Notes: a model not told the origin generated them from the sequence alone. A stretch of 64,000 nucleotides of DNA from Methanocaldococcus indicus (GCF_049554935.1 NZ_CP186926.1:32001-96000); one strand, 5' to 3'. Numbered from the stretch's first letter, positions 21,189-33,929 are shown. Numbers and translations are program-made.

Positions 21189-22524
21189 ATTAGGAGAACA
21201 ACTAAACAAAGCACTAAATAAAATAAAAACTGCTGTTTTTGTTGATAAAAAGCTAATTAAAGAGGTTGTTAGAGATATACAAAGAGCTTTAATCCAAGCA
21301 GATGTCAATGTCAAACTTGTTTTAAAAATGAGTAAAGAGATTGAGAGAAGAGCATTAGAAGAAGAGCCACCAAAAGGTTTCTCTAAGAAAGAGCATATTA
21401 TAAAGATAGTTTATGAAGAGTTAGTTAAATTATTGGGAGAAGAAGCAAAAGAACTTAACATTAAGCCAAATAAAAGAAATGTTATAATGCTTGTAGGTAT
21501 TCAAGGTAGTGGAAAAACTACAACAGCAGCTAAACTTGCAAGATACTTAAAAAAGCATGGTTATAGAGTTGCTTTAATTGCAGCAGATATTTATAGACCA
21601 GCAGCTTATGAGCAACTTTTGCAGTTGGCTAAAAAAATAGATGTTCCTGTATATGGAAATAAAGAAAAAACTCCTGAGGAGATAGTTAAAGAAGGTTTGG
21701 AGAAATTTAAAAATGTTGATGTAGTTATAATAGATACAGCAGGGAGACATAAGGAAGAGAAATCTCTTTTAGAAGAGATGAAAAGATTAAAGGAGATTGC
21801 TAATCCTGATGAAATCATTTTAGTTATAGATGGAACTATTGGACAGCAAGCTAAGACACAAGCTAAGGCATTTAAAGAAGCTGTTGGGGAGATTGGAAGT
21901 ATAATAGTTACTAAATTGGATGGTTCTGCTAAAGGAGGAGGTGCTTTAAGTGCAGTTGCAGAGATAAAAGCACCAATAAAATTTATTGGAGTTGGAGAGA
22001 AGATAGATGATTTAGAAGAGTTTGACCCTAAAAAGTTCATATCCAGATTGTTAGGAATGGGAGATTTAGATACACTCTTACAAAAAGCAGAGGAGATAGT
22101 TGAAGATAAAAAGGCTGAGGAAAGTATAGAGGCAATAATGAAAGGTAAATTTACATTAAATGAGCTTTATTCACAATTAGAAGCAATAGAAAATATGGGC
22201 TCTATGAAAAAAATTTTAAGTATGATTCCAGGTTTAAGTGGAATGCCAAAAGAACTCTCTCATCTAACTGAGGCAAAAATAAAAAGATATAAGGTAATAA
22301 TAAGCTCAATGACAAAAGAAGAAAGAGAAAATCCAAAGATTATAAAGGCATCAAGAATTAGAAGAATAGCAAGAGGTTCAGGTAGTAAAGAAGAAGAGGT
22401 TAGGGAAGTTTTAAGATACTATGAAACAACAAGAAAGGCAGTAGAACAAATAAGAAAAGGTAAGATGTTAAAAATTGGTGGGCCATTAGGACAAATATTA
22501 AGACAACTTATGTATAAAGAATAA
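21178..22524 (+). CDS. srp54: Signal recognition particle protein Srp54
   Basis: [25 protein letters not shown] and M-domain SR..RIARGSG. Confidence 0.97.
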   Translation: MLDRLGEQLNKALNKIKTAVFVDKKLIKEVVRDIQRALIQADVNVKLVLKMSKEIERRALEEEPPKGFSKKEHIIKIVYEELVKLLGEEAKELNIKPNKRNVIMLVGIQGSGKTTTAAKLARYLKKHGYRVALIAADIYRPAAYEQLLQLAKKIDVPVYGNKEKTPEEIVKEGLEKFKNVDVVIIDTAGRHKEEKSLLEEMKRLKEIANPDEIILVIDGTIGQQAKTQAKAFKEAVGEIGSIIVTKLDGSAKGGGALSAVAEIKAPIKFIGVGEKIDDLEEFDPKKFISRLLGMGDLDTLLQKAEEIVEDKKAEESIEAIMKGKFTLNELYSQLEAIENMGSMKKILSMIPGLSGMPKELSHLTEAKIKRYKVIISSMTKEERENPKIIKASRIRRIARGSGSKEEEVREVLRYYETTRKAVEQIRKGKMLKIGGPLGQILRQLMYKE

Positions 22525-22539
22525 AAAAGAGGGATATCA

Positions 22540-24186
22540 ATGGAAGAAGTAATTAGAGAGATAGCTATAAAGAACAGGTTAAGGTATGGGCAAGCTAATC
22601 CTAAGAAAGTTTTAGGAATATTTCTATCAGAAAATCCTGAATATAAAAAGAAAGCTAAGGAAATCCTTCCAAAAATTGAGAAAATTGTTGAGGAAATAAA
22701 TAATATTCCAGAAGATGAGTTTAAAGAGCTCTCTAAAAACATATCTTTAGAGAGTAAGAAGAAAGAGAGAGAATTAATTTTACCAAATGTTAAGGACAAG
22801 GTTGTTTTAAGATTTGCTCCTAATCCTTCTGGTCCATTACATATAGGACATGCAAGAGCAGCTGTGTTAAATGATTATTTTGCAAAAAAATACAATGGTA
22901 AGTTTATTTTAAGATTAGAAGATACAGACCCTAAGAGAGTATTAAAAGAAGCTTATGAAATGATAAAAGAGGATTTAGATTGGTTAAATGTAAAAGTTGA
23001 TGAAGTTGTTATTCAATCAGATAGATTAGATATATACTACAAATATGGAGAAGAGCTTATAAAAATGGGAAAAGCTTATGTTTGTGAGTGTAATCCAGAA
23101 GATTTTAGAGAATTGAGGAATAAAGGAATTCCTTGTAAGTGTAGAGATAGGGATATAGAGGAAAATTTGGAGTTATGGAAAAAAATGCTAAATGGAGAGT
23201 TAAAAGCAGTTGTAAGGTTAAAAACAGATATAAAACATAAAAATCCATCTATAAGAGATTTTCCAATATTTAGAGTTGAAAAAACACCTCATCCAAGAGT
23301 AGGGGATAAATATGTTGTATATCCATTAATGAACTTTTCAGTTCCAATTGATGACCATCTTTTAGGAGTTACTCATGTTTTAAGAGGAAAAGACCATATT
23401 GTAAATACTGAAAAACAAAAATATATATATAAATATTTCAATTGGAATATGCCAGAATTTATACATTATGGAATTTTAAAAATAGAGGATACAGTTTTAA
23501 GCACATCTCAAATATATGAAGGAATTAAAAAAGGGCTATATTCTGGATGGGATGATGTAAGATTAGGAACATTAAGAGCTCTAAGAAGGAGAGGAATTAG
23601 AGCAGAGGCAATATATAAAATTATGATAAAGATAGGGATAAAACAGGCAGATGTTAGATTTTCTTGGGAAAATCTATATGCTATAAACAAAGAGCTAATA
23701 GATAAAGAAGCTAAAAGATACTTCTTTGTATGGAATCCTAAAAAAATGATAGTTAAAGATGCAGAAGAAAGAGTTATAAAACTTAGAAAACATCCAGATA
23801 GAGAAGATTTTGGAGTTAGAGAACTCTTTTTCAATGGAAAGATATATGTTGTTAATGATGAGATAGAAGAGAATAAAATGTATAGATTAATGGAGTTGTT
23901 TAACATAGTTGTTGAAAAAGTAGAAGATGATAAAATTATAGCTAAATATCATTCAGATGACTTTAAAATAGCAAGAAAAAATAAAGCTAAAATTATCCAC
24001 TGGATACCAATAGATGGAGCAATTAAAACAAAAGTACTTATGCCATCTGGGGAGATAAAAGAAGGTTTAGCTGAAAAAGATTTTAATGAAGTTAAAGAAG
24101 ATGAAATTATTCAATTTGAAAGATTTGGATTTTGTAGAGTAGACAAAAAAGATAATATAGTAGTTTGTTGCTATACCCATAGATGA
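22540..24186 (+). CDS. gltX: Glutamate--tRNA ligase
   Basis: [23 protein letters not shown] and QFERFGF motifs. Confidence 0.97.
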   Translation: MEEVIREIAIKNRLRYGQANPKKVLGIFLSENPEYKKKAKEILPKIEKIVEEINNIPEDEFKELSKNISLESKKKERELILPNVKDKVVLRFAPNPSGPLHIGHARAAVLNDYFAKKYNGKFILRLEDTDPKRVLKEAYEMIKEDLDWLNVKVDEVVIQSDRLDIYYKYGEELIKMGKAYVCECNPEDFRELRNKGIPCKCRDRDIEENLELWKKMLNGELKAVVRLKTDIKHKNPSIRDFPIFRVEKTPHPRVGDKYVVYPLMNFSVPIDDHLLGVTHVLRGKDHIVNTEKQKYIYKYFNWNMPEFIHYGILKIEDTVLSTSQIYEGIKKGLYSGWDDVRLGTLRALRRRGIRAEAIYKIMIKIGIKQADVRFSWENLYAINKELIDKEAKRYFFVWNPKKMIVKDAEERVIKLRKHPDREDFGVRELFFNGKIYVVNDEIEENKMYRLMELFNIVVEKVEDDKIIAKYHSDDFKIARKNKAKIIHWIPIDGAIKTKVLMPSGEIKEGLAEKDFNEVKEDEIIQFERFGFCRVDKKDNIVVCCYTHR

Positions 24187-24270
24187 GTCTGATTGTTTAT
24201 ATTATTAAATTTTCTAATTAAGTTTTCTTGCTTTTATATACCCCCTTTCGAATAAGGATGAACAGCCAGG

Positions 24271-24307
24271 GTTTGAATCGTTAGTCCATTAAAACAAGGA
24301 TGGAAAT
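24271..24307 (+). repeat. Solitary CRISPR-like repeat, copy 2 (37 bp)
   Basis: GTTTGAATCGTTAGTCCATTAAAACAAGGATGGAAAT; CRISPR-type 3' end; upstream AATAAGGATGAACA shared with copy 1. Confidence 0.75.
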
Positions 24308-24450
24308 TTATAAGATTTCTATTTTATTTGTTAGTTTTACTATTTTTATTTATAGCTAAAAATTTAAATATATAATAATATAAAAATAAATAACTTTTTT
24401 AATAAAATCATTAATAAAAAAATTAATCCAAAAATAATAAAAGTGAAATT

Positions 24451-26421
24451 ATGAACATTTTTGATATTTATTACAAAAAATTTTCAGAGTTAATAGAGTT
24501 AGAAAGAAACTATGAAAAAGAGTTTCACAAGAAAGAAATTTTAAGATTGGGCAAAAAAAGAGAAAATGTAGGAAGAGCAATATTAAATTTAAAAGCTAAA
24601 TTTTTAGGAGAAAGTTTAGGTTGTAAATTAGTAAGATTTGGTAGAAAGAAGGAAATAAAAACTGAAATATCTCCTGGAGATGTTGTTTTAGTTAGTAGAG
24701 GCGAGCCATTAAAAAGTGATTTGTATGGGAATGTTGTTTATGTTGGAAAGAGCTTTATAGATGTAGCTTTTGATGTAGATTTACCAAAATGGCTATTTAA
24801 AGAAAGGGTTAGATTGGATTTATTTGTTAATGATATAACATTTAAGAGAATGAAAGAAGCATTAAAAGAGTTTGTAGAAAAAAGAGAAAAATTAGCTTTA
24901 ATAATTTTAGGTTTAGAAAAGCCAGAGAAATCATTTAAAACTGATATAAATTTAGAATTTGGAGATAAAAAACTTAACATATATCAAAAAAAAGCTGTTA
25001 AAGAAGCTATTTTAAGCAGAGATTTATATCTTATTCATGGACCTCCAGGGACTGGAAAGACAAGAACTTTAACAGAAGTAATATATCAGGAGGTTAAATT
25101 CAATAAACATAGAGTTTTAGCAACAGCTGACTCAAATACAGCAGCAGATAACATATTAGAGTATCTTTTAAAAAAATATCCAGATTTAAGAGTTGTAAGA
25201 GTTGGACATCCTACAAGAATCTCAAAAGAGCTAATTGAACACTCACTCCCATATTTAATAGAATGCCATGAGAAGTATGAAGAAATTAAACAATTAAAAG
25301 CAAAAATTTTATTATTAAAAGAGGAAAGAGATAAATATACTAAACCTTCTCCCAAATGGAGAAGAGGTTTGAGTGATGAGCAAATACTAAAACTATCAAA
25401 AAAGAAAAAAAGTGTTAGAGGTATCCCAAAAGAAAAGTTAGAAAGTATGTCAAAATGGATTTTAAAGAATATTAAACTAAAAAAGATAGTAGATAGAATA
25501 GAGAAACTAAGCAAAGAAATTATTCATGATATTATACTAAATTCTGATGTTGTTGTATCAACAAACTCTATGGCTGGAAGTGAAATTTTAAAAGATTATC
25601 ACTTTGATGTTGTTGTTATAGATGAAGGTAGCCAAGCTATGGAGCCAAGTTGTTTAATCCCAATAGTTAGGGGAGATAAACTTATTATGGCAGGAGACCA
25701 TAAGCAACTACCACCAACAGTTTTAAGTGAAAATGAAGAACTTAAAAAAACTTTATTTGAAAAGTTAATTAACATGTATCCAGAATTTTCAACTATTTTA
25801 GAAATACAGTATAGAATGAATGAGAAGATTATGGAATTTCCAAATAAAATGTTCTATAACAATAAATTAAAGGCAGCTGAAGAAGTTAAAAATATAACTT
25901 TGATGGACTTAGTTGATAAAGTTGAGGAAGAAGATAAAGATATTGTTAATAAAATTCCTGTCCAATTTTTCCATATAGATGGAAAAGAAAGAAAAGAAAA
26001 AGAATCATTCTCATACTACAATATTGAGGAAGCTGAGAAAGTTTTAGAAGTTGTAAAAAAACTTATTAAGTATAATATTCCTGTTAGTGTCATATCCCCT
26101 TATGATGCCCAAGTTAGATATATTAGAAAGCTGTTTGAGAAAAATAATATAGATGTAGAGGTTAATACAGTTGATGGTTATCAAGGAAGAGAAAATGAAG
26201 CTATTGTTATATCATTTGTCAGAACTGAAAAATTTGGATTTTTGAAAGATTTAAGAAGATTAAATGTAGCTATAACAAGAGCTAAAAGAAAATTAATCAT
26301 TATTGGAAATGAAAAACTATTAAAGAAAGATAGTGTTTATAATGAACTTGTAAAATGGGCTAAGCAAGTTGAGATGGGTGAAAATGTTGATAGGAACTCC
26401 ATTATCAAAAAATGCAATTAA
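24451..26421 (+). CDS. IGHMBP2/Upf1-like SF1 helicase
   Basis: [36 protein letters not shown] and [11 protein letters not shown] motifs. Confidence 0.92.
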   Translation: MNIFDIYYKKFSELIELERNYEKEFHKKEILRLGKKRENVGRAILNLKAKFLGESLGCKLVRFGRKKEIKTEISPGDVVLVSRGEPLKSDLYGNVVYVGKSFIDVAFDVDLPKWLFKERVRLDLFVNDITFKRMKEALKEFVEKREKLALIILGLEKPEKSFKTDINLEFGDKKLNIYQKKAVKEAILSRDLYLIHGPPGTGKTRTLTEVIYQEVKFNKHRVLATADSNTAADNILEYLLKKYPDLRVVRVGHPTRISKELIEHSLPYLIECHEKYEEIKQLKAKILLLKEERDKYTKPSPKWRRGLSDEQILKLSKKKKSVRGIPKEKLESMSKWILKNIKLKKIVDRIEKLSKEIIHDIILNSDVVVSTNSMAGSEILKDYHFDVVVIDEGSQAMEPSCLIPIVRGDKLIMAGDHKQLPPTVLSENEELKKTLFEKLINMYPEFSTILEIQYRMNEKIMEFPNKMFYNNKLKAAEEVKNITLMDLVDKVEEEDKDIVNKIPVQFFHIDGKERKEKESFSYYNIEEAEKVLEVVKKLIKYNIPVSVISPYDAQVRYIRKLFEKNNIDVEVNTVDGYQGRENEAIVISFVRTEKFGFLKDLRRLNVAITRAKRKLIIIGNEKLLKKDSVYNELVKWAKQVEMGENVDRNSIIKKCN

Positions 26422-27550
26422 ATTTATGTTATTAGGTAGTGGAGAGCTTGGAAAGGAGGTTGTTATTGAAGCACAAAGGTTAGGAATAGAGTGTATAGCA
26501 GTAGATAGGTATCAATTTGCTCCTGCAATGCAAGTAGCGCATAGAAGTTATATAACAAATATGAAAGATTATGATGCTCTATTATCAATAATTGAGAGAG
26601 AAAATCCAGACTATATCATTCCTGAGATTGAGGCAATAAATATAGATGTTTTATTAGATGTAGAGAAAGATTGTAAAGTTATTCCTAATGCCAAAGCAGT
26701 TAAAATAACAATGAATAGAGAAGAGTTAAGGAAGTTAGCAGATAGAAAATTAAATTTAAAGACTGCTAAATATGAATTTGCTAATAATATAGATGAACTT
26801 AAAGAAGCTATAGAAAAAATAGGATTTCCTTGTGTTGTTAAACCAATTATGTCATCATCTGGGAAAGGACAGAGTATAGTTAAAGATAGGGGAGATATAG
26901 AAAAAGCATGGATAAAAGCAAAAGAAGGAGCAAGAGGTTATGGTGAGAGGGTTATTGTAGAGGAGTTTATAGATTTTGATTATGAACTTACTTTATTAAC
27001 AGTTTCTTCAAATAATGAAGTGGAGTGTTGCCAACCAATAGGACATAGACAAGAAGAAGGAGACTATATTGAAAGTTGGCAACCTCATAAAGTATCTGAT
27101 GAAGTTAGAGAAAAAGCTGAGTATATAGCTAAAAAAATAGTTAAAGAACTTGGAGGGAATGGTATATTTGGAGTTGAGTTGTTTGTTAAAGATAATGAAG
27201 TTATTTTTAGTGAAGTATCTCCAAGACCTCATGATACAGGAATGGTTACAATGATAACTCAAGAGATGAGTGAGTTTGAACTACATGTAAGAGCTATTTT
27301 AAATTTACCAATATCAACAAAATTATTAACTCCTGGAGCTACTCATGTTATTAAATCAAAAATAAATAAATACTCTCCAATGTATAAGATAGATGAAGCT
27401 TTGAAAGTTCCAAATACTAAAATAAGATTATTTGGTAAGCCAAATGCAACTGTTGGTAGAAGAATGGGAGTAGTTTTATCTTATGCAGAAGATATAGAAA
27501 AAGCAAGAGAACTTGCAAGAAAAGCTGCTAATTTGGTTGAGATTTTATAA
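26384..27550 (+). CDS. purT: Formate-dependent phosphoribosylglycinamide formyltransferase
   Basis: [22 protein letters not shown] and [10 protein letters not shown] motifs. Confidence 0.96.
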   Translation: MLIGTPLSKNAIKFMLLGSGELGKEVVIEAQRLGIECIAVDRYQFAPAMQVAHRSYITNMKDYDALLSIIERENPDYIIPEIEAINIDVLLDVEKDCKVIPNAKAVKITMNREELRKLADRKLNLKTAKYEFANNIDELKEAIEKIGFPCVVKPIMSSSGKGQSIVKDRGDIEKAWIKAKEGARGYGERVIVEEFIDFDYELTLLTVSSNNEVECCQPIGHRQEEGDYIESWQPHKVSDEVREKAEYIAKKIVKELGGNGIFGVELFVKDNEVIFSEVSPRPHDTGMVTMITQEMSEFELHVRAILNLPISTKLLTPGATHVIKSKINKYSPMYKIDEALKVPNTKIRLFGKPNATVGRRMGVVLSYAEDIEKARELARKAANLVEIL

Positions 27551-28669
27551 TATCCTTTTTATAGCATTCCAAATTAAAAAAGATTGAGGTTTAAGAGTTC
27601 CATTAATAGGATTCAGGAAAAGGATATTTTTATTAATTAAGTATATATAGATAGGAGTAGGAATTTCCTTTCTATTAACTTCATATTTATTTTTAAATAA
27701 TTTTAAAGCTTTAATTACATCATCTTTCTTTATTTCAATAATTTCATCTCCAATTTTTATTTTTGGTTTAATATAATTTAAAGTTTCTAAGAATATCTCC
27801 AACTTTTGAATTTCCTCTTTAAGCATTAAATCTAATATATTCTCTAATTTTTTATATCTCATTTCATCAATTACATTGTAAATATCTCCAGGTTTTCCAC
27901 CAACATAGGAGTAAATTAACTCTTTCTCTTCATTAGATAATTTTTTATTCAATATATTATCAGATAAAAAGTCCATAAATTTTAAAGATGTTTCTTTATC
28001 AAAGTCATCAACTAAAATATACTTAGCTCTACCTTCCAACTCTCCAGTAGTATAAATATACTCAATAAATAAACTATCTGAACTCAAACAGAAAACATGA
28101 CATAAATGTTGAACTTTGGTTAATGTAACTAAGAATTGGAATAAGCTCCACAATAACAATCTATTTCCATTTAAAGTTATTTCTTTAATCATCTGCAATT
28201 CATCAAGTATTAAAATTGGCTTTTTACCTTTTTCATTTATTTTAGCAAATAAATACTCAATATACTGATAAACATCTCCAGATTTATCTTTTTTGTTAAA
28301 AATTTTATCAAAAAATGGTTTTGGTATTTTAATAGGCATTCCTAAGTAATAATTAGTTAAATCATCTGAGCTCTTAACTAACAACTCAGCTAATGATTTA
28401 GCATACTCCCTAAAATCATCTACTTTTGACTTTTCATCTACTTCAAATAAACACTCAATAAAATTATCAACATTCACAATATTCCTTGCCCTAAAATCAA
28501 TAAAGAATGGAACATATTTAGATTTATCTAACCTATTTGATATAATTTCTCTCATTAGTGTAAATTTCCCACTATTCAAAGGTCCATATACAAAATATAT
28601 TTGATTAGGAACACTTTCTAAAATTGCTAAAATCTCTTTTATCTCCTTTTCTCTATTGAAAAATTTCAT
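27545..28669 (-). CDS. Archaeal (MJ-type) ATPase with a degenerate Walker A
   Basis: [33 protein letters not shown] and VGGKP motifs. Confidence 0.85.
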   Translation of the reverse strand: MKFFNREKEIKEILAILESVPNQIYFVYGPLNSGKFTLMREIISNRLDKSKYVPFFIDFRARNIVNVDNFIECLFEVDEKSKVDDFREYAKSLAELLVKSSDDLTNYYLGMPIKIPKPFFDKIFNKKDKSGDVYQYIEYLFAKINEKGKKPILILDELQMIKEITLNGNRLLLWSLFQFLVTLTKVQHLCHVFCLSSDSLFIEYIYTTGELEGRAKYILVDDFDKETSLKFMDFLSDNILNKKLSNEEKELIYSYVGGKPGDIYNVIDEMRYKKLENILDLMLKEEIQKLEIFLETLNYIKPKIKIGDEIIEIKKDDVIKALKLFKNKYEVNRKEIPTPIYIYLINKNILFLNPINGTLKPQSFLIWNAIKRIL

Positions 28670-28701
28670 ATTTACACCAAAAAATTTGGAGAATTGCATA
28701 T

Positions 28702-31700
28702 TTAAGTAATAAGTGATTTTAGAATTTCCAATTTCTCTAACAATTCATTGTTATCTCTTAAATCTTCTGAAGTAGAGGTAATTAAAACTTTATCATTTAG
28801 TTTAGTATCTTTATTTAATTCATTTATTCTAATTATTTGGAAACCTTTTTCTCTATATAACCTTTCTTTTTCTTCTTGTCTTGCTAAGTATTCCTCAGTT
28901 GTCATTCCATAATGTTCCCAAAGAATTATTTTATTGTTACTATATAATTCAAAATCTGGAAGCACTCCAAGCTCTAAAAACTTAGAAAGTGGTTCATACT
29001 CATAGTTTATACCTACCTTATTGAAAAAATTAGCTAAAATACATTCTTGCCAACTTCTAACTTTTTCTCCATTAATGGTTATAATATTTCTTTCATTTGC
29101 ATAAGGAATAATATAGGAAATATTAAAATTATTGAATAAATTTGTTTTTCTTCTTGCTAATTCAGATACAGTTACATCAATAAAGTTTTTAATATCATCT
29201 TCAACAATTATGTATAATCTTTCCTTAGCTCTTGTTATTGCAGTATATATCATTTCCTTTGATACAAATTTTCCTAAGTTTTTGGGAATAATTAAGATTA
29301 CATTATTAAAGCCACTACCTTGAGATTTATGTATTGTTATAGAATATGCATGTTCTAAATAATCTATAATAGGTTTATTTAATTCACAAGAAGCATTAGG
29401 GACATAAAACTTAATTTTGAATATTTGTTTTCTATATCCATTTGTTCTTTTCCAATAACTGTAAATATATCCCATCATTCCATTAAATACTCCATTTTCT
29501 AAAGTATTTCTATCATAGTTGTATATTTTGTACTCATATATGTTTTTATTTACAATTACTTTATCTCCTACATTATTATTTCCATAGAACCAGTGTTTTA
29601 TCATATATTTCCTAAATCTTTCAGGGACATATTTAGATTCATGTTTAATGAATAGGTTAATATTATAACTACCAAATCTTTTAGTTTTTGTTGGAGATAA
29701 TATTTGGAGATTATCATTGAACACAGCAAAGTCAAAGAAATTTGAATTATTTTCAGATAAAATTTTGTCTATTGCATTTTCTAAGGATTTCTTTAAATCT
29801 TTTGTTACTTCTATGGTTATAATTTCATTTCCACTATCATCTTTTATAACAATTTTATTGTTATCATCTATCTTATTTTCTTTTAAAATATTATCTAATA
29901 TTTTTTCTTTTTCTTCATAGTCTATATCAATAAACAATTTTGATAATTCATTTATTTTTTCAGATTTGGCTCTTAAAGGTATTTCAAGCTTTGCTATTAA
30001 ATCTTTATTAACTTTATTTAAATGCACATATATATCATGGAATGGTTTTCCTGCATCTACTGGTGGTAGTTGATTTATATCTCCTACAAAAATTATTCTT
30101 TTGGCTTTTATACATTTAAATAAATCTCCTAATGTTATCAAATCTATCATTGAGCTTTCATCTAATATTAAAGTATCTATTTTCAGTTTATTATCGACAT
30201 CTTTCAATATGTAATAATCAAAGTCAAAGTATTCTCTAAAGTTTGTAGCTAAAAATCTATGGATAGTCATTACCTTTATATTGTTATTCTCTCTAATTCT
30301 TTCTTTTAAAACCATTGCAGCTTTTCCTGTTGGTGTTAAAATGTATATTTTCTCATTTTTTAACAGTTCTACAACAGCTCTTATAACTTCACTTTTTCCT
30401 ACTCCTGCTGCACCAGTTAGAATAGAAACATTATTTTTAACTAATTTCAATACAGCATCTATTTGTTGAGATAGGGCTTTTTCATATTTTTCTTTATCAA
30501 TTTCTATATTCTCCTTTTTAAGTAATTTTTCAATATCATCTCTTTTTATTTGAATCTCCCTTATTTCTTTGTTTATAAGCTCATTTATTGTATTTTCAAT
30601 TATCTCCTCATATTTTCTAATTTCTTTTAGAGTATAGATAGTTATAGTCTCATTATCAACAGTTATCTCGTTAATATCTACTTTCTCTTTAAATAATGAT
30701 AAATTATTATTTAAGATTTCTTTAAATTTGTTAAAATCAATGTCTAATTTTTCTAATTCATTTTTTATATCTGTATCAGCTATTGTTGTATTTCCTTTCA
30801 GTAGATTATCTTTTAATATTTCAACCAATATTGCTCTATATCTGTAAGGATTATCTAAATTATAGTTCTCACTTAACCTTCTTTTTTCTCCATTATCAAT
30901 TTCTATAAATCTAAATCCTTCAAAATCATCTTTTCTTTTTAAATCTTCAACTAATGTATAAGGATTTTTTAGGATATCATCTATATTGATATATCCTTTA
31001 TCAATCTGTTCTTTTATACATTTTATAGAATGGGATGTTATGTTATAGTATGGAAGATATTCAATTAGAAGTTTTTTAAATTTTTCATCAATATTTTTGT
31101 TATTTGATATTTCATTTTTAGTTTTATTATATAATTCCTCTTCTTTTTGTTCTTCTAATGCTGCTAAATAATCTCTATAACTATTGTTATCCCCAAGATA
31201 GTATCTTACAGCTGCTAATCCAGGATACTTAGATTTTAAGTTTTTTAATCTTTGAATAGCCAATCTTACATTATCTTTATAATCTACAAAATTTCTTAAT
31301 AAATAACCTCTAAATGCTTTTTCTCCATAAAGATACTCTTTAAAGTTCTTATTTTCCTCTAAAAATGCATCCCAATTTTTTAGACACTCTAAAACTTCTT
31401 CAAAAATTTCAATAGCAACATCATCAGAGATAAAGTTTGCACTTTTGAAATAATTTCTATACTTTCCTAAATCAAATACTAAATTATCTGGAATAGGAAT
31501 ATCTTTTTCTTTACAGTATTTTATTAACTCTTGATAAGGAAATACAAAAACAACATCATCCTCTAAATTAAAATCAACTTGCCCTCCAATACGTTTTTGA
31601 GTTCTAATTCCAAGATTTTTAATATCTCTTACTTTCACACAGCCAATTAAAACTTTATTCTCAGATAATGGATTTTCTCTAACATAAATAAAACAATACT

Positions 31701-32040
31701 TACCTATACAACTTCTTATAATCTCTAAATCTTCATTTGTATTATTTGTATATCTAACATAAGGTACTCTCCCAAAATTAGGAATCTTAAAATCTGCAAA
31801 CATTAGTGATTCAAAGCATGGTATTGAATAATTTTTTAGGATAGTATCTAATTTTTCTCTTGGATGATTTAAACAACTAACAACTTCTCTATGATAATCT
31901 CTATCTCTTCTAATTACTCCATATTTCCCAGCTCTAACATATCTAAAGCTCTCACAATAATTATTTTCTCTTGGATTTTCACAAAAATGACCATTCCATC
32001 CTAATTCATGCCAAGCTGCATAATCTACTAAATTTTGCAT
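28702..32040 (-). CDS. Large RecD-like SF1B helicase with an uncharacterised N-terminal domain and a C-terminal PD-(D/E)xK-like nuclease
   Basis: [47 protein letters not shown] and YTAITRA motifs; C-terminal RS..E..LANF...YEYE...PDF...WEHYG. Confidence 0.88.
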   Translation of the reverse strand: MQNLVDYAAWHELGWNGHFCENPRENNYCESFRYVRAGKYGVIRRDRDYHREVVSCLNHPREKLDTILKNYSIPCFESLMFADFKIPNFGRVPYVRYTNNTNEDLEIIRSCIGKYCFIYVRENPLSENKVLIGCVKVRDIKNLGIRTQKRIGGQVDFNLEDDVVFVFPYQELIKYCKEKDIPIPDNLVFDLGKYRNYFKSANFISDDVAIEIFEEVLECLKNWDAFLEENKNFKEYLYGEKAFRGYLLRNFVDYKDNVRLAIQRLKNLKSKYPGLAAVRYYLGDNNSYRDYLAALEEQKEEELYNKTKNEISNNKNIDEKFKKLLIEYLPYYNITSHSIKCIKEQIDKGYINIDDILKNPYTLVEDLKRKDDFEGFRFIEIDNGEKRRLSENYNLDNPYRYRAILVEILKDNLLKGNTTIADTDIKNELEKLDIDFNKFKEILNNNLSLFKEKVDINEITVDNETITIYTLKEIRKYEEIIENTINELINKEIREIQIKRDDIEKLLKKENIEIDKEKYEKALSQQIDAVLKLVKNNVSILTGAAGVGKSEVIRAVVELLKNEKIYILTPTGKAAMVLKERIRENNNIKVMTIHRFLATNFREYFDFDYYILKDVDNKLKIDTLILDESSMIDLITLGDLFKCIKAKRIIFVGDINQLPPVDAGKPFHDIYVHLNKVNKDLIAKLEIPLRAKSEKINELSKLFIDIDYEEKEKILDNILKENKIDDNNKIVIKDDSGNEIITIEVTKDLKKSLENAIDKILSENNSNFFDFAVFNDNLQILSPTKTKRFGSYNINLFIKHESKYVPERFRKYMIKHWFYGNNNVGDKVIVNKNIYEYKIYNYDRNTLENGVFNGMMGYIYSYWKRTNGYRKQIFKIKFYVPNASCELNKPIIDYLEHAYSITIHKSQGSGFNNVILIIPKNLGKFVSKEMIYTAITRAKERLYIIVEDDIKNFIDVTVSELARRKTNLFNNFNISYIIPYANERNIITINGEKVRSWQECILANFFNKVGINYEYEPLSKFLELGVLPDFELYSNNKIILWEHYGMTTEEYLARQEEKERLYREKGFQIIRINELNKDTKLNDKVLITSTSEDLRDNNELLEKLEILKSLIT

Positions 32041-32387
32041 TATTCACCACCTCCAAATATTCTAATTAATAAAGTTTTATTATATCTTTTTCCAGAAATA
32101 TATGTATGAATTAAACACACAATGCATAATCCTAAATATATAACTATCCAAAATGGTATAAATATAATTCCAATGATTGAGAATATCATTAATACTAATA
32201 GTATTATAGTAAATAACCAAATGATTGTATATATTGAACCTGAAAGTATCTTTTCTAAATACCATAATCCAAATCCTGGGACTATAAAACTCAATATTAA
32301 TGCTATTCCAATATTTTTTCTGCATTTTTGATAATAAAATAACTTGTCTCTATCATTTAATTTTTTAATTATACTATCTACATCCAT
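32040..32387 (-). CDS. TM2-domain membrane protein
   Basis: KNIGIALILSFIVPGFGLWYL motif, 2-3 TM helices, overlaps both neighbours. Confidence 0.75.
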   Translation of the reverse strand: MDVDSIIKKLNDRDKLFYYQKCRKNIGIALILSFIVPGFGLWYLEKILSGSIYTIIWLFTIILLVLMIFSIIGIIFIPFWIVIYLGLCIVCLIHTYISGKRYNKTLLIRIFGGGE

Positions 32388-33421
32388 CTAAATCCCTCCA
32401 ATTCCCTGTCTATTTCATCTCTTTTATTTTTTCTTGTATAGAATGTTGCTTTTACGTTGTCCCAATTAACAGTGTCTCTACTATCTTGCTTAATGTATCC
32501 TTTGTCTAACAAGCTTTTAATCCCAATTTTTACATCATCCCTAATAATTATTTTATGTGATAAACCTCTAATTTTGTTAGTAATATCCCCTAAACTGACT
32601 CTATGAGGACTTTCTCTTAAAATTTTTAGAATTTTTAGTTCTAAGTCACTTAATCTTTTATTTGAGTAAATCATCTCACCATTTTTGAATACTATTAACT
32701 CTCCATCTTTGAATGATTTCCAGTCTTCGTCTGTTAGAGGATTTGTAGCTATAATAAATCCCCTTTCATTAGGATTCTTTACAGTTCCTAAATTTACCTC
32801 ATAATCTAAATCTCTTAATCTAATTTTGTCATAAGGAAACACTCTTTTTAGGAAATGTAGTTCTCTCCTACCTTCTATATCTTTATAAGCAAATAAATAC
32901 TCTCCATCAGACATTAAAAAGTTGAATGGACCAAATTCATTAATTTTATAAATGATATCTAAAAGTTTTTTAAAACCTTCATAGTTCCATTCTAAACCAT
33001 TCTTTTCAATTTCTTGTATTAGATAGCAAAATACATACTCTGAATCAGTATCTCCAACTGGATAGTATTTTTTAAGTTTTAACTTTTTATATCCTCTTAA
33101 AGTTCCATTATGTGCAAAAACTATTTCCTTATCTCCTAAAAGTCTTACAAATGGATGAGTATTTACATAGCTACAAGTTCCTAATGATGCTCTTCTTATA
33201 TGTAGAATAAATATATTTGATTTTATGTTGTTCCAATCAATTCTATGGGCTAACAATGCACTTCCCATTTTTACTGGTTCTTTTATTAATCTAACAAATC
33301 CATTATGATAGAAAGCTATTCCCCAACCATTTGGATGAAAATCACTTCTATATTTAAAAATATTAAAAGATAGAGAGATATTTACTTTCATATTGAAACT
33401 AATTCCTAATAATTCACACAT
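32378..33421 (-). CDS. Class II glutamine amidotransferase (YafJ/EgtC/Dug3-like Ntn hydrolase) with a C-terminal winged-helix domain
   Basis: MCELLG (Cys nucleophile), H.NGWG, HIRRAS, NTHPF, HNGTL and GDTDSE motifs; C-terminal LSDLELKILKIL...SLLDKGYI. Confidence 0.88.
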   Translation of the reverse strand: MCELLGISFNMKVNISLSFNIFKYRSDFHPNGWGIAFYHNGFVRLIKEPVKMGSALLAHRIDWNNIKSNIFILHIRRASLGTCSYVNTHPFVRLLGDKEIVFAHNGTLRGYKKLKLKKYYPVGDTDSEYVFCYLIQEIEKNGLEWNYEGFKKLLDIIYKINEFGPFNFLMSDGEYLFAYKDIEGRRELHFLKRVFPYDKIRLRDLDYEVNLGTVKNPNERGFIIATNPLTDEDWKSFKDGELIVFKNGEMIYSNKRLSDLELKILKILRESPHRVSLGDITNKIRGLSHKIIIRDDVKIGIKSLLDKGYIKQDSRDTVNWDNVKATFYTRKNKRDEIDRELEGFRWM

Positions 33422-33788
33422 TTCTATCCCTCAAATATTCTATATAATCTCCAGATTTTACTAAGACACCATAAGGCTCTGGATAGAAATATAACCATGC
33501 CTCTACCTCTTCTCCATTATCTAATACTATCTTAACTTTTTTTCTTTTATAGAAAGTTGGATGTCCTTCTAACATATCAATTCTTCTAAGAGTTTCCTCA
33601 TCTACATCATAAACCTCCCCAACTATGTGAGAAATTTTCTCATCTTCAACAACATAAGGAATTAAATCTGCATACATTGCATATTTCTCCTTAGTTTTTC
33701 CCTTTCCAACAAATTTAGAATTTTTTAAATATTTTTTATTGTTCCAGCACTCACTCCTTAATGTTCCATATACAAATATTAGAGTCAT
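33414..33788 (-). CDS. Gamma-glutamylcyclotransferase (AIG2-like)
   Basis: IFVYGTLR, GEVYDV, ID.LEG..Y.R and AWLY motifs. Confidence 0.9.
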   Translation of the reverse strand: MTLIFVYGTLRSECWNNKKYLKNSKFVGKGKTKEKYAMYADLIPYVVEDEKISHIVGEVYDVDEETLRRIDMLEGHPTFYKRKKVKIVLDNGEEVEAWLYFYPEPYGVLVKSGDYIEYLRDRNV

Positions 33789-33929
33789 TTTATCAACTCA
33801 TAAGGGAGTTTTATTATCTCACCAATTAAGTTTTCTAAATAATCATATGATATAAGATTTAAATAAAACTTTTTAACTTACTAAGCTTAATGTCCTTAAT
33901 ATTTTTAATATTCAATTTAGAGTGATAAT

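Noticed and set aside
5840-24330. A true CRISPR array
   Set aside because: Only single repeats 18 kb apart; no repeat-spacer periodicity and no cas genes
21606-25514. Several 80-144 aa minus-strand ORFs inside srp54, gltX and the helicase gene
   Set aside because: Antisense shadows with no motifs or RBS
13437-32040. Inteins in ileS or the helicases
   Set aside because: No C/S...HN-C/S/T splice junctions or LAGLIDADG motifs were seen, and lengths fit the domain content
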